Part shown: positions 24,027-37,731 of the stretch, in pieces
How the letters are laid out: each line of letters opens with the position of its first letter
How positions within the stretch are numbered: the first letter of the stretch is position 1
Source of the DNA: Schmidtea polychroa
Lineage: Eukaryota
Direction: 5' to 3'
Assembly (NCBI GenBank): GCA_044892525.1
Contig: CM097887.1
Span: 72,912,001-72,976,000 of the forward strand
DNA: 64,000 nt
The notes under the pieces: model-generated
Databases searched by the model: none
What the model saw: only the letters and a program-made list of their open reading frames with translations
What the model was told of the DNA's origin: nothing
Translations under genes and position numbers: made by a program

Positions 24027-26301
24027 CGCTACAATTTAAATGAACACTATTTTAATGTATTTGCACACTATAAATGCTAACTATAAATAATAAATGCTAA
24101 CTATAAATAATAAATGCTACCTATAAATAATAAATGCTAACTATAAATAACTATAAATAATAAATGCTAACTATAAATAATAAATGCTAACTATAAATAA
24201 CTATAAATAATAAATGCTAACTATAAATAATAAATAAAATCTAACTATAGTAATGCTAACTATAAATAAATTATTTTCTAACTATGTTTGTTTTATTCAT
24301 AATAAATACTTCTTTGTCGTTATAGCAATGGTGGAATTTAAAAAAAATTCAGAGTTTGACTTTGTTCCAGAATACTGTTCTTCAGGAAATGAAGATGAAG
24401 AACACTTTTTAAAACTTGAAACTCGAAGGAAAAAAATTTGCAAAGACTGGAAAAGAGCAAATGCATTTCCGCTGTAATCGTGTTAAATTTCGTGGGGAAC
24501 AATGTTCAGCCTCAGTTTACTTGTGGTACGAGTCCAGCACTAGTGATGTTGTTCTATACAGATCAGGACATGCAGACATCAAAACAAGAACAACAATGAC
24601 AGATACCGTCAAAGCTGAAATTGACAAATTGTTTGCTTTAAAATTGAAACCAAAAGCAATGTTAGAACATTTGTCTAACGAAAAATTACCCCTTCCGAGT
24701 CAAACACAACTGAATAATCATCTGGCATCCTTGAGAAAGTTCAAATATGGTGCCAACATCATTAGCCTTGGAGAATTAAATCAGTGGTTGCAAATTCATT
24801 CAGCTGTACCAGAAGCAGATAACAAAGCATTTGTTGTTGCATATTAAATTAAATATGAGGACACTGGATATTTCCGGTACTTCATTTCATCCAAAACAAT
24901 GTTGAAAATGGCTTTAAACGCTGACAACATTCATGCAGATGCTACATACAAACTTGTGTGGCTAGGCTTCCCTGTTCTTGTTATTGGTACAACAGATCGC
25001 AATCGCCAGTTTCATTGTTTTGGTATTGGAGTATGCACCGATGAAAAAACTGAGGACTTCAAATTTTTGTTTACTGCATTGAAGAATGAAGTTCCTAAAA
25101 TCTTCAATGCTCCCTTCAATCCAAGCACATTAATTTCTGATGCATCAAAAAGCATCCAAAACTCTTTCATATCAGTGTTTGGCAAAGACGTATTGGTGAT
25201 TATGTGCTGGGCTCATATGAAAAAAATGTTCAGAAAAAAGTGGATTCTTTGATTCCAAAAGATGCAAGACAGGAAATTTTGTCTGACATTGATTCTTTGC
25301 AACTCAGTCAATACAGAGAAGTTTTTGAAAAAGCATCAATTTTATTCTTGAAAAAGTGGAAAGCAAACAAGGAGTTTGTCGAATACTTCACCGCTGAATG
25401 GCTGAAATCAAATAAAAATTGGTTTGAAGGTGCCAAAAAACTAACACCTAGCACAAACAATGCCCTTGAGGCATACAACCGAGTCATGAAAGATGAAGAT
25501 TCTATGAGAGAGCGAGTCTCACTATCAAGACTTACTGTTGGATTGGTTGATTGGATTGAAAGGTGGTCCAACAATTACGAATCTGGAATTAAAGTCATCA
25601 AAACCGAACCAGAAATTGACTTGGAACTTTGGACTAGCTCATACCAGTGGGCAAAGTTGAAGAAAACCATTTCTCCAGAATCAACAGAGAGTGGTGTTGT
25701 TTACAAAATTGCTGCAAAAGATTTGACAGAAACCTACGATGGAATTGACAACTGGGAAACGTTTGATGAGTTTAAAATTAATGCATTTCTTTCATGGACT
25801 ACTATTTTACCAAAAGATCAAAATGACTGGATTAACGGAGACTGTAACTGCCCTTCTTTTTTTAAAAAAATGCTTTGCAAACACATTGTTGGATTAGCTA
25901 TTCGACTAAAGCTTGTAGCCCCTCCAACCGAAGCGAAAAATGTTCCAATTGGAACCAAAAGAAAGAGAGGTCGCCCTGCAAAAGCAAGAAAAGCATTGCT
26001 GTTGCAGTAGAACTAAAAATTTATTATATCTAGTGCAAATAAAATGCAGCCATCATACAAAACATTTTGTTAAACCATTTTTTAAATGTCTATAAATTGT
26101 TGTATTTAAGCATTCACAATAAATTGTAATCTCTATGCTTTTTTATTCATTGAAATATATCTGAAATTTTTATTTTATAATGTATAAATATTTTTGAAAA
26201 TAGTGTGCAAAAATTATTTTTTAGTTTGCAAAAATAGTTAGCAAATGTTAATTTTTTAGTGTGCAAAATGGGATTATTTAGTTTGCATTTAATTAGGAGC
26301 C
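24027..26301 (+). mobile_element. Full-length Mutator-like element (MULE transposase + SWIM finger) with a 9-bp TSD
   Basis: TSD gttttaaat at 24018-24026 and 26302-26310; degenerate TIRs (17/23 matches). ORF pieces 24416-24847, 24899-25252 and 25204-26010 contain IHADATYK, LISDAS, IMCWAHM, TNNALEAYN and the SWIM motif CNCPSFFKKMLCKH. Confidence 0.93.
24068..24270. repeat. Subterminal 20-bp tandem repeats (taaatgctaactataaataa)n of the MULE
   Basis: Directly repeated units. The core tgc(t/a)(a/c)acta is also seen inverted near the right end of the element. Confidence 0.9.
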
Positions 26302-26719
26302 GTTTTAAATATGATTGGGAAATATCAATAATGTTTATTTATTTTCTAATCTAGTTTGCCATGAAACTAGACTGTCCTAAATTTTAATTACAAACAATTT
26401 AATATCAGGACTATTTTGTAGTATTTGTAGTATGCCACAAAACTACACACGCGTGCTATATAATTTTTTCTTGTGCCATTATTTTATACTTAGCATACAC
26501 ATCAAATCAGGTAATTGCATATAGAAAATTATGTATATAAATTTAAATTTTTGATGTTTTCGTTTCTATTACTTTTAATGTACTTATTATTCAACTATTT
26601 TTTGGAAGTGTGAAAACATAATATCTTGTCCAAAAACAAGAAAAGGTACATTTATGGATATTTATTATCATTGCATCATTGTTTAAAATTTATAGATATT
26701 AACAATAGTTACCGTCATA

Positions 26720-27560
26720 AAATGAGTGCAAAAATTACGAGAAATTACGAATGAAAATCTGGAATTTAAAGAATGATGGGAAATTAATTATATGTTCGTG
26801 AAACGGAAAGAAATTATGTATATTTGGTATGTCTGATAAATACTACTATATGTAGAAAATATAATTTAAAATGCTGTTATTAATCACAGCACGAAGAGAA
26901 ATATTCGAAAACCAATAGTGAGTCGAAAATCGTCATAATTGAAAATTTTTGAAAAACAATTTAAGCTGCCAACATCACTTAACACTTTTACAAGTAAGGC
27001 TCAGGGTGCATCTGTGCCTACTTCTTATGCAGTTGCAAAAGAAATTGCCAAAGCCAAAAAGCTATTAAGTGTGCAATATAAATGGCAAAACAATTAGAGT
27101 CAATGTTTCTTTCCCATCAAACCGTTGCGAGACAAATTTTAAATATGAACAAGTTTTTAGTTGAAAAATTAGCATATATAGTAAAAAATTGTAAATTTTT
27201 TTCAATTGCGCTTGATGAAATCAGTGATACATGTCATACTAGTCAAATGATGATTTTTATACGGACAGTGTATGTAGATTTTAATGTTTCGGAGGAGTTC
27301 TTGAAATTGGCTTCCCTGCATTCAACAACAGCAATTGTAGTTATTTATGAGGAAAATGCACTGCCATTGTAACTGATAGAGCGAAATCAATGGATGGAGG
27401 GATTATAGGACTCACTGGGCTGCTAAAACAACATGGGATTAATTGTCAAACGTTACACTTCATTATTCACCAGCAAGCTTTATGTGGAAACATTATGAAT
27501 TAAGTTGCACGATGAGTGCTGTTATGAAAATAACAAATGCAATAAGAGGCGGAAACCTAG
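26720..27560 (+). mobile_element. Degenerate hAT (GTF2IRD2/SPIN-like) transposase fragment
   Basis: LSHQTVARQI...FFSIALDEISDTCHTSQMMIFIR...VSEEFLKLASLHSTT, later 'HFIIHQQALC'; multiple stops. Confidence 0.8.
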
Positions 27561-27814
27561 ACGGTGACCTATTTTTGCATAACCAAGTTCGCTAGTTAAT
27601 TTTTCTTAATTTCTTCAACCCAAGTTGATATTAATATCGAAGCTCTTGTGTTCACGAAGTTTTCTCATTAATAATTATGTTAATACATTTTTTTATTAAT
27701 TTCAATAATATACTAGAAAAATGTTATAAATGGTTTCAGTTTAAAATTTAAAGTATACTTGTCCTGCCAAACATAAACAAAGAAAATGGAAGTTAGGACT
27801 GCACTGTTAAATTC

Positions 27815-27849
<35 letters not shown>

Positions 27850-30495
27850 ATTCAAATAATTAAGAATTAAAATATATCGATTTAATAGTGACAAAATGTT
27901 AAACTGTAATAAATTACATAATCAATTTGATGCTGGCAGAAAATTAGTGATTGAACTTCATTTAATTTTATCTATATTTTGTATGTTGTTTTGAAAACTT
28001 CGCATTATATCATAAGCTTGATTTATTTTTTATATTTTACTGTGAGGTTATTTAGACACAATTATCAGCGAGCATTAAAATTAAATGAAATAATCAAACT
28101 AAATAATAAATTAGATTAAAATTTTTTATATAAACGGATATTAAAATAAGTATTTTAAAGAAAAATTAAATTAGTTTAAAATAAAAATATGTTAAATACG
28201 TTAAATTAGTTAAATTTACTTTTGTTATTGAAATAGCTAAATTTCCAATTTGTTAAATAATTTGTTAATTTATTAAACATAAAAATTAGATAAAATGAAA
28301 ATAAATTGCTCGTTCTTAATATATTTATATATCATTACATACGATATGTTATCTTGATTATAATAAATACTTTGAATTAATAAAATATGACTCCTGATTA
28401 TGAAATAAATGAAGAACAACAGTCACAAGGTTAATTATTTTAAATAATATTTCACAGTTACAGCAGCAATATAACAACAGAGAAATTAACTGTGATTCTT
28501 GTCCATTCAACGCACTTCATTAAACTATTACATAAATGGTATTGTAAAAATGGTATTGAGACAATTTATTATTATTGAAATTTCGAAGTTTCAAAATAAG
28601 TATTAAATTTGATTATTTTCTTGAAATTTATTTTTAATTATACTGTTTAAATAAAATTTCAACATTATTGAACTTATTTGAAGTCAAAACGTTATTTAAC
28701 ACCGATGATCTTAAATAAATATATATAGTCATAATTTATCATCATATCACAGAGTGATTTTTCGAAAGTTTTAGAAGTACACTAACCTTTAGCAGTTGTT
28801 AACTCGTTTCATATATTCAAATTATAAACAGATTAACACCTTAAGGTTTCTATAGTAATATTTAATAAATTAAAATTGAACTCTGAATTTTTTTATTTAA
28901 ATAATATAATTAATTTTTTTTTAATGTAGCATTCTCTCCCTTCAACAAGAATTATTCTAGGTATTTGATTGCTTTTCTTACTTCATATGGGATTTAGACA
29001 CTTCTCTGCTGATAATTTAGATGCCGATATAAATTTCCTTTTCTCGCCGTGATCCTGAAATTATTTTAACCTGCCTTGCATTTTGTCTGAACTTATTATG
29101 AATGCCAACAGGTATCCGCAATTTGAGTACCAATTTCTGATTTAGCGAATGTTTTATTAAAAATGTTCGGATTTAATTATTTCTGCGAAAAATTATTTTG
29201 ATCAATTTTGATCAACGGAAATAAGCGGGATTGGTAAATATTATGACTAGAGTATGTATAACATTAAGAGCAACAATTTACGATTCTGACATAAAAAATT
29301 AGCTTCGGAAATCAGAAAAAGTTCCACATTAATAAAATATAATTAGAATTAGTTTTGTATTTACAAAATGACTAAAATATCAATATTAAAGTTAAATACA
29401 AAATATCGAGAAAATGATGACCCATTTTTAATAAAAACACTGAAACGTCAAACAACAGTTATATATGGAAACAATAATGACGTAGTAGTTATGATTTAAT
29501 GAGTCAATTAAATAATCTCAATAAATTCGTTGCTAATTGAATACTATTTGTAGGAGATTGGGATTTAATCGCCAATACTTCACACACTATTAATGTTTTT
29601 ATATAAAATTTTAAAATCTTTTAAGTCAGCTGCCCATTTACACATTTTCCTGTACTCAATAATATAACTCACATCTTTCAATCGGCTATGTTCTTGAACC
29701 AGTGTGCGGAGATAACGGGAAGTCTCTCAAATGTATCTGGAAAACTCATGAAAACTATCGAGGTTTGAGATTGATTTTGATACTATTTTAAATATATTAG
29801 AATTAAACTTTAAATATTTAAAATCCTCCGAATTCATTGAGATTATTTAATTAATTCATTAAATCATAACTATTTTATCATTATTGTTTTCGTATATAAT
29901 AGTAGACATAGATTATGATGGCAGACTAATGATGAGGAAAATTTCCTTGAAATATATTTCTTTTGGAGTTTTAATTTTTTAATTAAATACAAATATTGTT
30001 TTTACTTTTAAATAACTCAATTGAAATCGTATACCTACGACTTTATATTATAAAATCTTTGATTGGTGACCAACCACCAAAAAAGGTTTGCTACCGCTGG
30101 TATGTATTGTTTTAGTTAGAATTTTTTCACAAATATTCTTTTTTTCAATATAAAAGACCTTTTAAAATATTTTAATTGAAATTGTGGTCGATGCTATTTG
30201 AAATTTTGTCTTTATTCAAACAGCTACATAATTTTTTCAAATCACTCGTTTGCATAACTTTTGAATTTATAGTCTTTACTTGTCAGTGGCACTAGATTCA
30301 GTACATAGCCATATTTAATTTGGTTTATGTAAATGTTTAATTACACACTTAGATTCATGTAAAATTCAATAATTTTAATCATGTCCATGTAGTATTTCGT
30401 GTTAATTTTTGCCACGAATTTTTTTTAATCAGCCTCTATTGTTTTTCAATAAAAACGTTTTTTAAAAATACTTAATAACAATTTTTATTTTCAAG

Positions 30496-30702
30496 TCTTG
30501 GCGGAGGAACATTTTTGGGACTATCATGTCTATTGACTGAATGCACTACTTTTGATGAGGCAATGACATTAGCCGGTAGAGGCGATAGCAATAAGGTTGA
30601 TAAATTAGTTAGAGATATTTATGGAGGTGATTATGAGCAATTTGGTCTTAGTGGACATCTTGTCGCTAGTTCATTTGGACATATGATGTCAAATAAAAGG
30701 AG
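30496..30702 (+). CDS. PANK: Pantothenate kinase exon 5
   Basis: (S)[63 protein letters not shown]; phases match both neighbours. Confidence 0.95.
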
Positions 30703-31099
30703 GTTAGATAATTTTTATAAATTATATAAATTTTTACCGTAATTTATGAAAATATTTTTATTAATTCTTATTTATATTAAAAATAAGACATATAATCGTA
30801 AATCTAATATTTCCTGGCATCTACTTTCAGATGATTCAGTCAAAGATTTTCTAATAACTAAAATGTCAATTGAAAAGAAATCAGAGGGGAAAATTGAAAA
30901 AAGTTCTTATTATATATAGGGGTAATTTTGACCATTCGAATTAATTATATTATATTTGGCAGCTCATTTTCATTTATTTGCTTACTTTATTTTATTCTAT
31001 AATTTTATTGAATAATTTGAATATATCAAACTAACTTTGGTGTTTATATAGTTATAAAATATTGAAAAAATAATGGCAGAACATTAAAAAAACCTAGAT

Positions 31100-32560
31100 A
31101 TGAACATTATAAATGATATTGCTTAGAAATAGATGAAGAAAGTAATTTAGATACTCAAGACTTTTCAATGAATTTATTCGATATCGAGAGCAAGATAAGC
31201 AGTGAAAGTGAAAACGAACATATTTTCAATTTACCTGTATGAAAAATAATAAGATTACCTTCGTATTCCGATGAGAGTGATGTGCAAAATGAAATAAGTG
31301 TTGACGGAACTGTATGGAGAAAAATAGAAGGATGCATTTCTAGTAGATCAAAATATTCTTTTATTTTCAAAGAAAATAATGGTCTCACACATATATGCAA
31401 GGGTAAAGTAGCTCATTTTTTTGATAATCAATCAACAAATTATTGAGCACATCGGATTATGTACAGAATTAGAGGCTTCGCGAATTTTGAAAATATAATG
31501 GAAGCTCACGAAAGAAGAATTTGCGCATTTTTAGCAATTTTATATTTACGTGGTGGATACGAAGCCAAAAATTTGAAGATGTCATATCTTTAGTCTAAAA
31601 AATTGTGACCATTTTTTGGACAAACCCCGAGTAGAGACAAATTTACAAAAATTTTACGGTTCATCCGTTTTGATAAAAAGAACTGAACGGAGTTAACGAC
31701 TTCAAAATGATTAATTTGCTCTAATATCAAGATTTTGGTAAGATTTTATTGAAAACAGCTAAAACTGCTTCATATCAGTAAAAGAGCATTATTATTTCTG
31801 ACAAAAGCTTGTTGTAGATTTACACAATATATGTCTAATAAACCAAAAAAATTTGGGATAAAATTTTGGCTGGCATCGGATGTAGCTGCAAAATACGCCA
31901 TAAACGGGTTCCTTACCGAGGCCATCATCGATACTTCGTGGTGATGAAATTAATTGAAATTTAATTGAAAATTAATTTGGTAGAAGTCATACAACGGACA
32001 ATTTTTTTACAAGTAAATTTTTGGCATCAAAATTAATTAAGAAAAAACAACTTTCGTGGAACTATTCGGGGAAATAAAAGTGGAACTGCCTCAGATTGCA
32101 TAACAAAAAAGGATGATTAGCCTCGTTTTTGTAGTTTATTCTATAAATCAAGTAATTGTACACCTACAATATACAAAAGTAAGGCAATTAAAAAGTTATT
32201 AGTTCCAAGCACAATTTTATCAAAAATTTAGAAAATAAAAAAATACCAGTCAATAGAATATTATAATAACACCAAGTACAGCGTCGACATGACAGACCAT
32301 ATGGCTTGAAAATATACAGTAAAATCATCATCTCGGAGATGGTCAGTGCAAGTCTTTTTCAATATATTAGATAAATCAATTCGTGGATATTATATAAAGA
32401 AACCACTGGTTAGAATATATCTAGGAAGATTATTTGTTCCAGTTGACAGAAGAACTTGCTGCTGACTATACAGTTTCAACTGAATCAGAAAATTTGAATG
32501 AGGTGTTGGAATGTGCGTTTGAGAGTTCTGGAATAAGAATGTCAAATAGGTTTTTGCAAT
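31100..32560 (+). mobile_element. Degenerate piggyBac (PGBD-type) transposase
   Basis: Motifs DGTVW, FTQYMSNKPKKFGIKFWLASDV, TDNFFTS and FVGTIRGNK are recognisable across frameshifts. No TTAA/TIR ends were located. Confidence 0.8.
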
Positions 32561-32859
32561 AAAATTAATTTTGCAATAAATTTTAGATTCGAATAAAATA
32601 TTAAATTAAGATAATAAAGCATAAAATAAACGTTGGTTTGATAAAATTTGAAATCAATACATCCTTGCTTATGCATCAGTTAGGTTTGTATGTTTTTGTT
32701 GAATTCCTTAATTATACATTACGACATTGAAAAACTTTCCTCGCGAGATTTTATTTGAATAATATTATTGGATAGATACTTTTAGAATTGGTAAAACTTA
32801 GTTATAATTTGACTTCTAACTATGGACACGACAAATACGAAAAGCACTGTAGCTAATAT

Positions 32860-33150
32860 GGCGACCACAATGACGAAATATATGTTATTCAGATCGATTT
32901 AGAGAAGCTTTTAAAAATCCAATGAATTCAATAAACGATCTAAGTGAAGGTCTTCAATATCGAAAAACAAATGAAACTGCAAATGATTTTTGTAGTAAAA
33001 GAAAAAACATGGAGAAACAGGTTATCTGAGATAATTTTATTAAAAAGAAATAAAAAAATTTTTAATGCATTAGAAGAAGAAAATAAAAAATTCCTAAAAA
33101 TGAATGAATTTAAATGGTAAAAAATACGAAAATCAGAATCAAAAAGCACA
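32860..33150 (+). mobile_element. Possible Gypsy PBS + gag relic
   Basis: PBS-like 'tggcgacc' followed by degenerate coding sequence containing FNALEEEN, echoing FNALIDEN in the gag at about 43170-43200. Confidence 0.25.
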
Positions 33151-33174
33151 AAAAAGTAAATAAGAAAATAATTA

Positions 33175-33920
33175 CCGCAATATCGCGTGTATTAGCCGCA
33201 TCCGTAGATAAGCCGGGGCTTATCCATGGAATTAACATAAGATTTTTCCAAAACATATATTATTATAAAATTTTATTTCATTAATTTTTATGTAAATATT
33301 TTATTTAAATTGATCAAATTTTAATTATTATGGCATTATTTAAATATTTTAGCAACAAACCCATCTATCGAATGCATACATTAAGAAAATCATATCCTGC
33401 TAAGAAAAAACTTGAAATCATTTTCTATGCCGAGAAAAATGGCAACAGACCTACATCTAGACTATACGGTGTTAATGAGAAGCAAATCAGAAACTGGAGA
33501 AAAGACAAGGAACTTTTATTGTTTCAAAATCCTGGTACGCTTTCTAGAAGAAAGAAAAAACCACTTTGGCCCGAATTGAAAACGGAGTTTAAAATGTGGA
33601 TATTTTGAAACGAATGTGAAAAAGGTTTACAATTATCACAAGCAGTAGTTCGTAATAATGCTTTGGTCATTGCTGCAAATTTAGACAAAGATAAAGCATC
33701 TGAATTCTAAGCTGGAACTAGTTGGTGTAATAGTTTTATGAAAAGAAACAATCTATCAGTGAGAAAAAGAACATCTGTTGGTCAAAATTTACCAACTGAT
33801 TGGGAATTAAAAGCCGCTGAGTTTTTAAAATATTGCGAAGAAAATAAGGGTGTAAAGATAATGCACTTGGGGAATATGGACGATGTTCCAGTTAGTTTAG
33901 ACATGCCAAGTAATCAAAAA
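33175..33920 (+). mobile_element. 5' half of a pogo-family element (Brinker DBD + CENP-B HTH + start of DDE_1)
   Basis: TA + TIR-like ccgcaatatcgcgtgtattagccgca. RKSYPAKKKLEIIFYAEKNGNRPTSRLYGVNEKQIRNWRK...LWPELK...WCNSFMKRNNLSVRKRTSVGQNLP...GNMDDVPVSLDMP. Confidence 0.8.
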
Positions 33921-34379
33921 AAATATAAGAATCGTTACAACCGAACAAATTTTACAGTTATGGTTCAAGTACAGAAAAATATTAAATATGCAGATGCTAT
34001 AAGAAACGGCAAAAATTCTCAAATGAAAATAAGTCAACCAAAAAAAAATTATAATTCAATTAAAATTGAAAATACACGTTCAAGTTTTTAGAGATATTTT
34101 TCACTTTTTATTACCATAAAAATTTCTAAATCTTTCCAAGTGTTCCGTGAAAATTTTAAGATTCATTTAGTGTGCGTAAGCTAAAAAAATTGAGAATCAC
34201 TGGTCTGAAGCATTACATTTAAATTAATATCTGTTTTTCTTTATAAATTAGTTTATAAAGTAATTTTTTACCTTTTTTAATGAGTTTTGTTTATAAATTA
34301 TTGATTTTTAAATAGATTCTTAACTATCATGTTATTGCTTTATGCTGTCTTCAAATTTCTTTATATTTCTTCGTTTTAG

Positions 34380-34599
34380 AGATCTAGTTACTAATGAAGA
34401 TTTAATTAAAGCTACTTTAACAATGTTGACAAATAATATTGGATCTATTGCTAGGTTATGTGCAAAAATTGAAAATGTTGATAGAATTTTATTTGTTGGA
34501 AATTTTCTAAGAGTTAATAAGATATCGATGTTGCTCTTAGCCTCAGCAATGGAATTTTGGTCTGAAAAACAGCTGAAAGCCCTTTTTATGGAGCATGAA
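34380..34599 (+). CDS. PANK: Pantothenate kinase exon 6
   Basis: [46 protein letters not shown]...ALFMEHE|GT. Confidence 0.95.
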
Positions 34600-34758
34600 G
34601 TAATTCTCATGGTTTATAATAATATTATTTTTTCTATATTGCAACATTATTACTTCGATATTAATATTACTTCGTCAATATAATTCGTCAAGTTTTTAAT
34701 AAATACAGTGTTAATTAAAAAGAAATCAGTGCTGAAAATTGAAAAAATTTCATATATA

Positions 34759-35697
34759 CACTCAATTCTGTTTTTATGCGGTTTTTATACAACTTTTTAT
34801 ACGAATTTTTTTTGTAAACTGTTTCCTGGTGTAATTTAATGTGAGTTGTCTTGTTTTTATTAGAAAAAGGTAAAAATTTTTAAAAATTATCTTTTTATAA
34901 ATGTAAACTAAATAAAACTTATTTTATTTTGAAATTCAAATGAAAATTTTTTCGAGGGATTTCAAAATTGATTTTATTCAATGGAAGAAAAGAATAAATA
35001 ACAAATGAACGGGAATTTCTTTGGAAATTAAAATTGCAAATTTATATCGTTTGGCGAAAGGAGAGGTACGGATGTCGGTAAGCATTTTGGTTTCGGTGAA
35101 TCTACTATAAGAGCCATTAACAGATATAGAAGACAGTGAACCTGCACCGCCAAATGCAAAAATAATTCGAGAAGGTCTTTAAATTTGCATTTCATTAGAA
35201 AATCATTTTATTAATAATGACCCGAATTCTAAATGGGCATTTAAAATCCAGCTTGACATAAAAAATGGATTTCTGTGTATCAAGTACTTCTAAAACAATT
35301 TCAGAAATCGTCGCAAAGTATAATAACATATTTTGTTGTCAAAGAAGCAAAAAGCCATTGAAATTAGCACTGGATGTAATGAGAAAGAATTAATTTCGTC
35401 TCCCGAATTGTTGAAGAAGATAATGACTTGGTGTAATTATAATTTATTTTTAAGAAAAGTGAAAAAAAAAACTAATTTTGGACTCTTGATTTCAATTTGT
35501 TTTAAAACTATAAGCCTTCTTTCTTCAGACTTTTAGATATCCACCATAATCCTCCTTTTGGTTATCTATTAGGTTTTATGCGGTTTTCGAAAATTATGGA
35601 ACATATCCCTATTTATTCAATGTAGTTGTGTCTTTTTATGCAATTTTTAATGCTTTTTTCTGTGGAACTAATCTATCGCATAAAACAGAATTGAGTG
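34759..35697 (+). mobile_element. Internally deleted Tigger-like element (939 bp)
   Basis: TIRs cactcaattctgttt(t)tatgcg / cgcataaaacagaattgagtg with TA on both flanks. An internal CENP-B N-terminal HTH relic (...VGKHFGFGESTIRAI) lies near 35000-35120. Confidence 0.85.
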
Positions 35698-35774
35698 TAT
35701 ATATAAAATTTATGTACGTGAACATGATGAACTTTACAATCTAATTTAAATATAGGAGTTTAAATAATTGGTCA

Positions 35775-36341
35775 TCAAAAAAACAGGTTTACAGTAATTT
35801 TGATAATCATTTTTATCGGAAAACCCTTTAAATCGATGTTACTGTTGAATTCATCCAAATATCTCATACCGACAAATATAAATGTTTTCACATCGAAGTC
35901 AGATTTTATGGATAGAGATATTATTAAGACATGGATAAATACGTGTTTTAAAAATACTGAACCCTTTAATAATTCTAATCCTGGATAACTATGGGTTATA
36001 TAAAGATGCAGGTGTTTTGGCATTACTTGAGAAAACAATTTCGCAACAGTCTTTATTCCTACTGACACCACCTCTTATCCTTAAAAGACATCTTATACTC
36101 TTCTAATGTGGGAACTTGGATTTAATTGACAATAACGATGATGTCGATGTTGATTCAAATACAATTTAGAACAAATAAATATTATTGATAAGTTTTAAAT
36201 AACCTTTTTTTAAATTTTAATTAAACCATGTATTCCTGTATTCCCTGATCTTATTTTTAAAGGGGTCTTATTTTCAATTTTTTTAGTAAAATTCTGTATT
36301 TATCGAAAATAAGACCTGGTCTTATTATCTAGTAAATATGG
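35775..36341 (+). mobile_element. 3' half of a pogo-family element (DDE_1 relic + right TIR)
   Basis: KKNRFTVIL...FMDRDIIKTWIN...(ILDNY)...VFIPTDTTS; ends ...aataagacctggtcttattatctagtaaatatgg|ta. Confidence 0.65.
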
Positions 36342-36922
36342 TAACTGAATGAAACGATATTTACACTATTAGATGTAGGAAGGGAGGGTATTAGGAGCTT
36401 ATTTTAGTCTTGTGTATTGTCTAATTAAAAGCATTGGATTTAGCTATATATTGTCCGTTTATTTTGAAAGTGAAGCAACTTCATTTAGACATAGACAATT
36501 TTATTTTCTACCGACACCTTTTATACACATTATTGGATATAATTATACATATTTCAATACACCGTTTCGCAATAATTACAAACAAATAATTAATGCTTAC
36601 AAAAAATTTTGTACGAATATTTTTATCAAATTCTGGATATTTGACATTTTAAATTATTTTCTAATCATCTATATGAATTTTAATAGAAAGATTATTTCAA
36701 AAAATTGTATTTTTAATTGTTAAATAAATATTATCAAGATACAAAAATTTGATTAAAAGCATGATTTCCTCTGTTAGCAGAGATCTAGGAAAGAATTTTT
36801 AATATGAAAATGATTTTTAACAATTATTAATAATAAACAATTTCTTTGTTTTCTTAAATGAAAATTATTTTTTTACGGCGTTTATGTTTCATTTTGTTTT
36901 ACTCAGTTTTGAAACTTACAAT

Positions 36923-37434
36923 CAGTGCTCGAAGTGGAACAAAATATGTGCCGGGATAGGCATGCTGTGGCACCCGGGATTCCAGGCTTTTATGCAGAAA
37001 TTTTCAGTTGGGGGTGTTGCAAAACTTTGGGGGGTGTCCAACAAATTTTTTGGGGGGGTGTCCACCCATTTAATCATAAGTTTCAGGGGGTGTACCTGTT
37101 TTAATGTGGGGGGGGGGTGTCAAANNNNNNNNNNNNNNNNNNNNNNNNNNNNNNNNNNNNNNNNNNNNNNNNNNNNNNNNNNNNNNNNNNNNNNNNNNNN
37201 NNNNNNNNNNNNNNNNNNNNNNNNNNNNNNNNNNNNNNNNNNNNNNNNNNNNNNNNNNNNNNNNNNNNNNNNNNNNNNNNNNNNNCTTAATTGCAGTATT
37301 TGTGTGCCTATAAAATGAAATAAGTACCGGGATAAACCTATAGATTATATGAAATGAAGTGCCGGGATGCAATTCCGCCTACATAATCAATACCGGGATA
37401 ATATCCCGGCTATCCCGCCTCACTTCGAGCACTG
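36923..37434. mobile_element. hAT-type MITE (14-bp perfect TIR, 8-bp TSD) with a G-run-rich interior; spans an assembly gap
   Basis: cagtgctcgaagtg / cacttcgagcactg; TSD cttacaat at 36915-36922 and 37435-37442; internal ccggga(t) repeats. Confidence 0.9.
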
Positions 37435-37731
37435 CTTACAATAGATTGGTAGATGTAACTGCTAATGAATTTTCAACACATAAGTGTATGTTACCTAATT
37501 TCTTGATAACTCCATATTTTAGTTTTTATGGTACCGTGAGAAAATTCTATACTATAAAACAAATTATTCCAATAAAAACATACTCGGAAAGATTTACCTT
37601 TTTTAATCACTAAACAAAGAAAATTTAAATTATAGATATTTATGCAAAGGGAAAAATCACTGAAAAATAATAAGTTAAATTCAAAAATATTCAAAATAGA
37701 GGAATTTATAAGCATATAAGATACTTAGACG

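Noticed and set aside
33175-36343. Idea that the two pogo halves form one element enclosing PANK exon 6
   Set aside because: The left TIR (ccgcaatatcgcgtg…) and right TIR (ccatatttactagat… as reverse complement) do not match; two independent insertions are more likely.
36884-37372. ORFs containing X runs (also 47985-48194, 56305-56568, 58478-58733)
   Set aside because: Artefacts of translation through N gaps.
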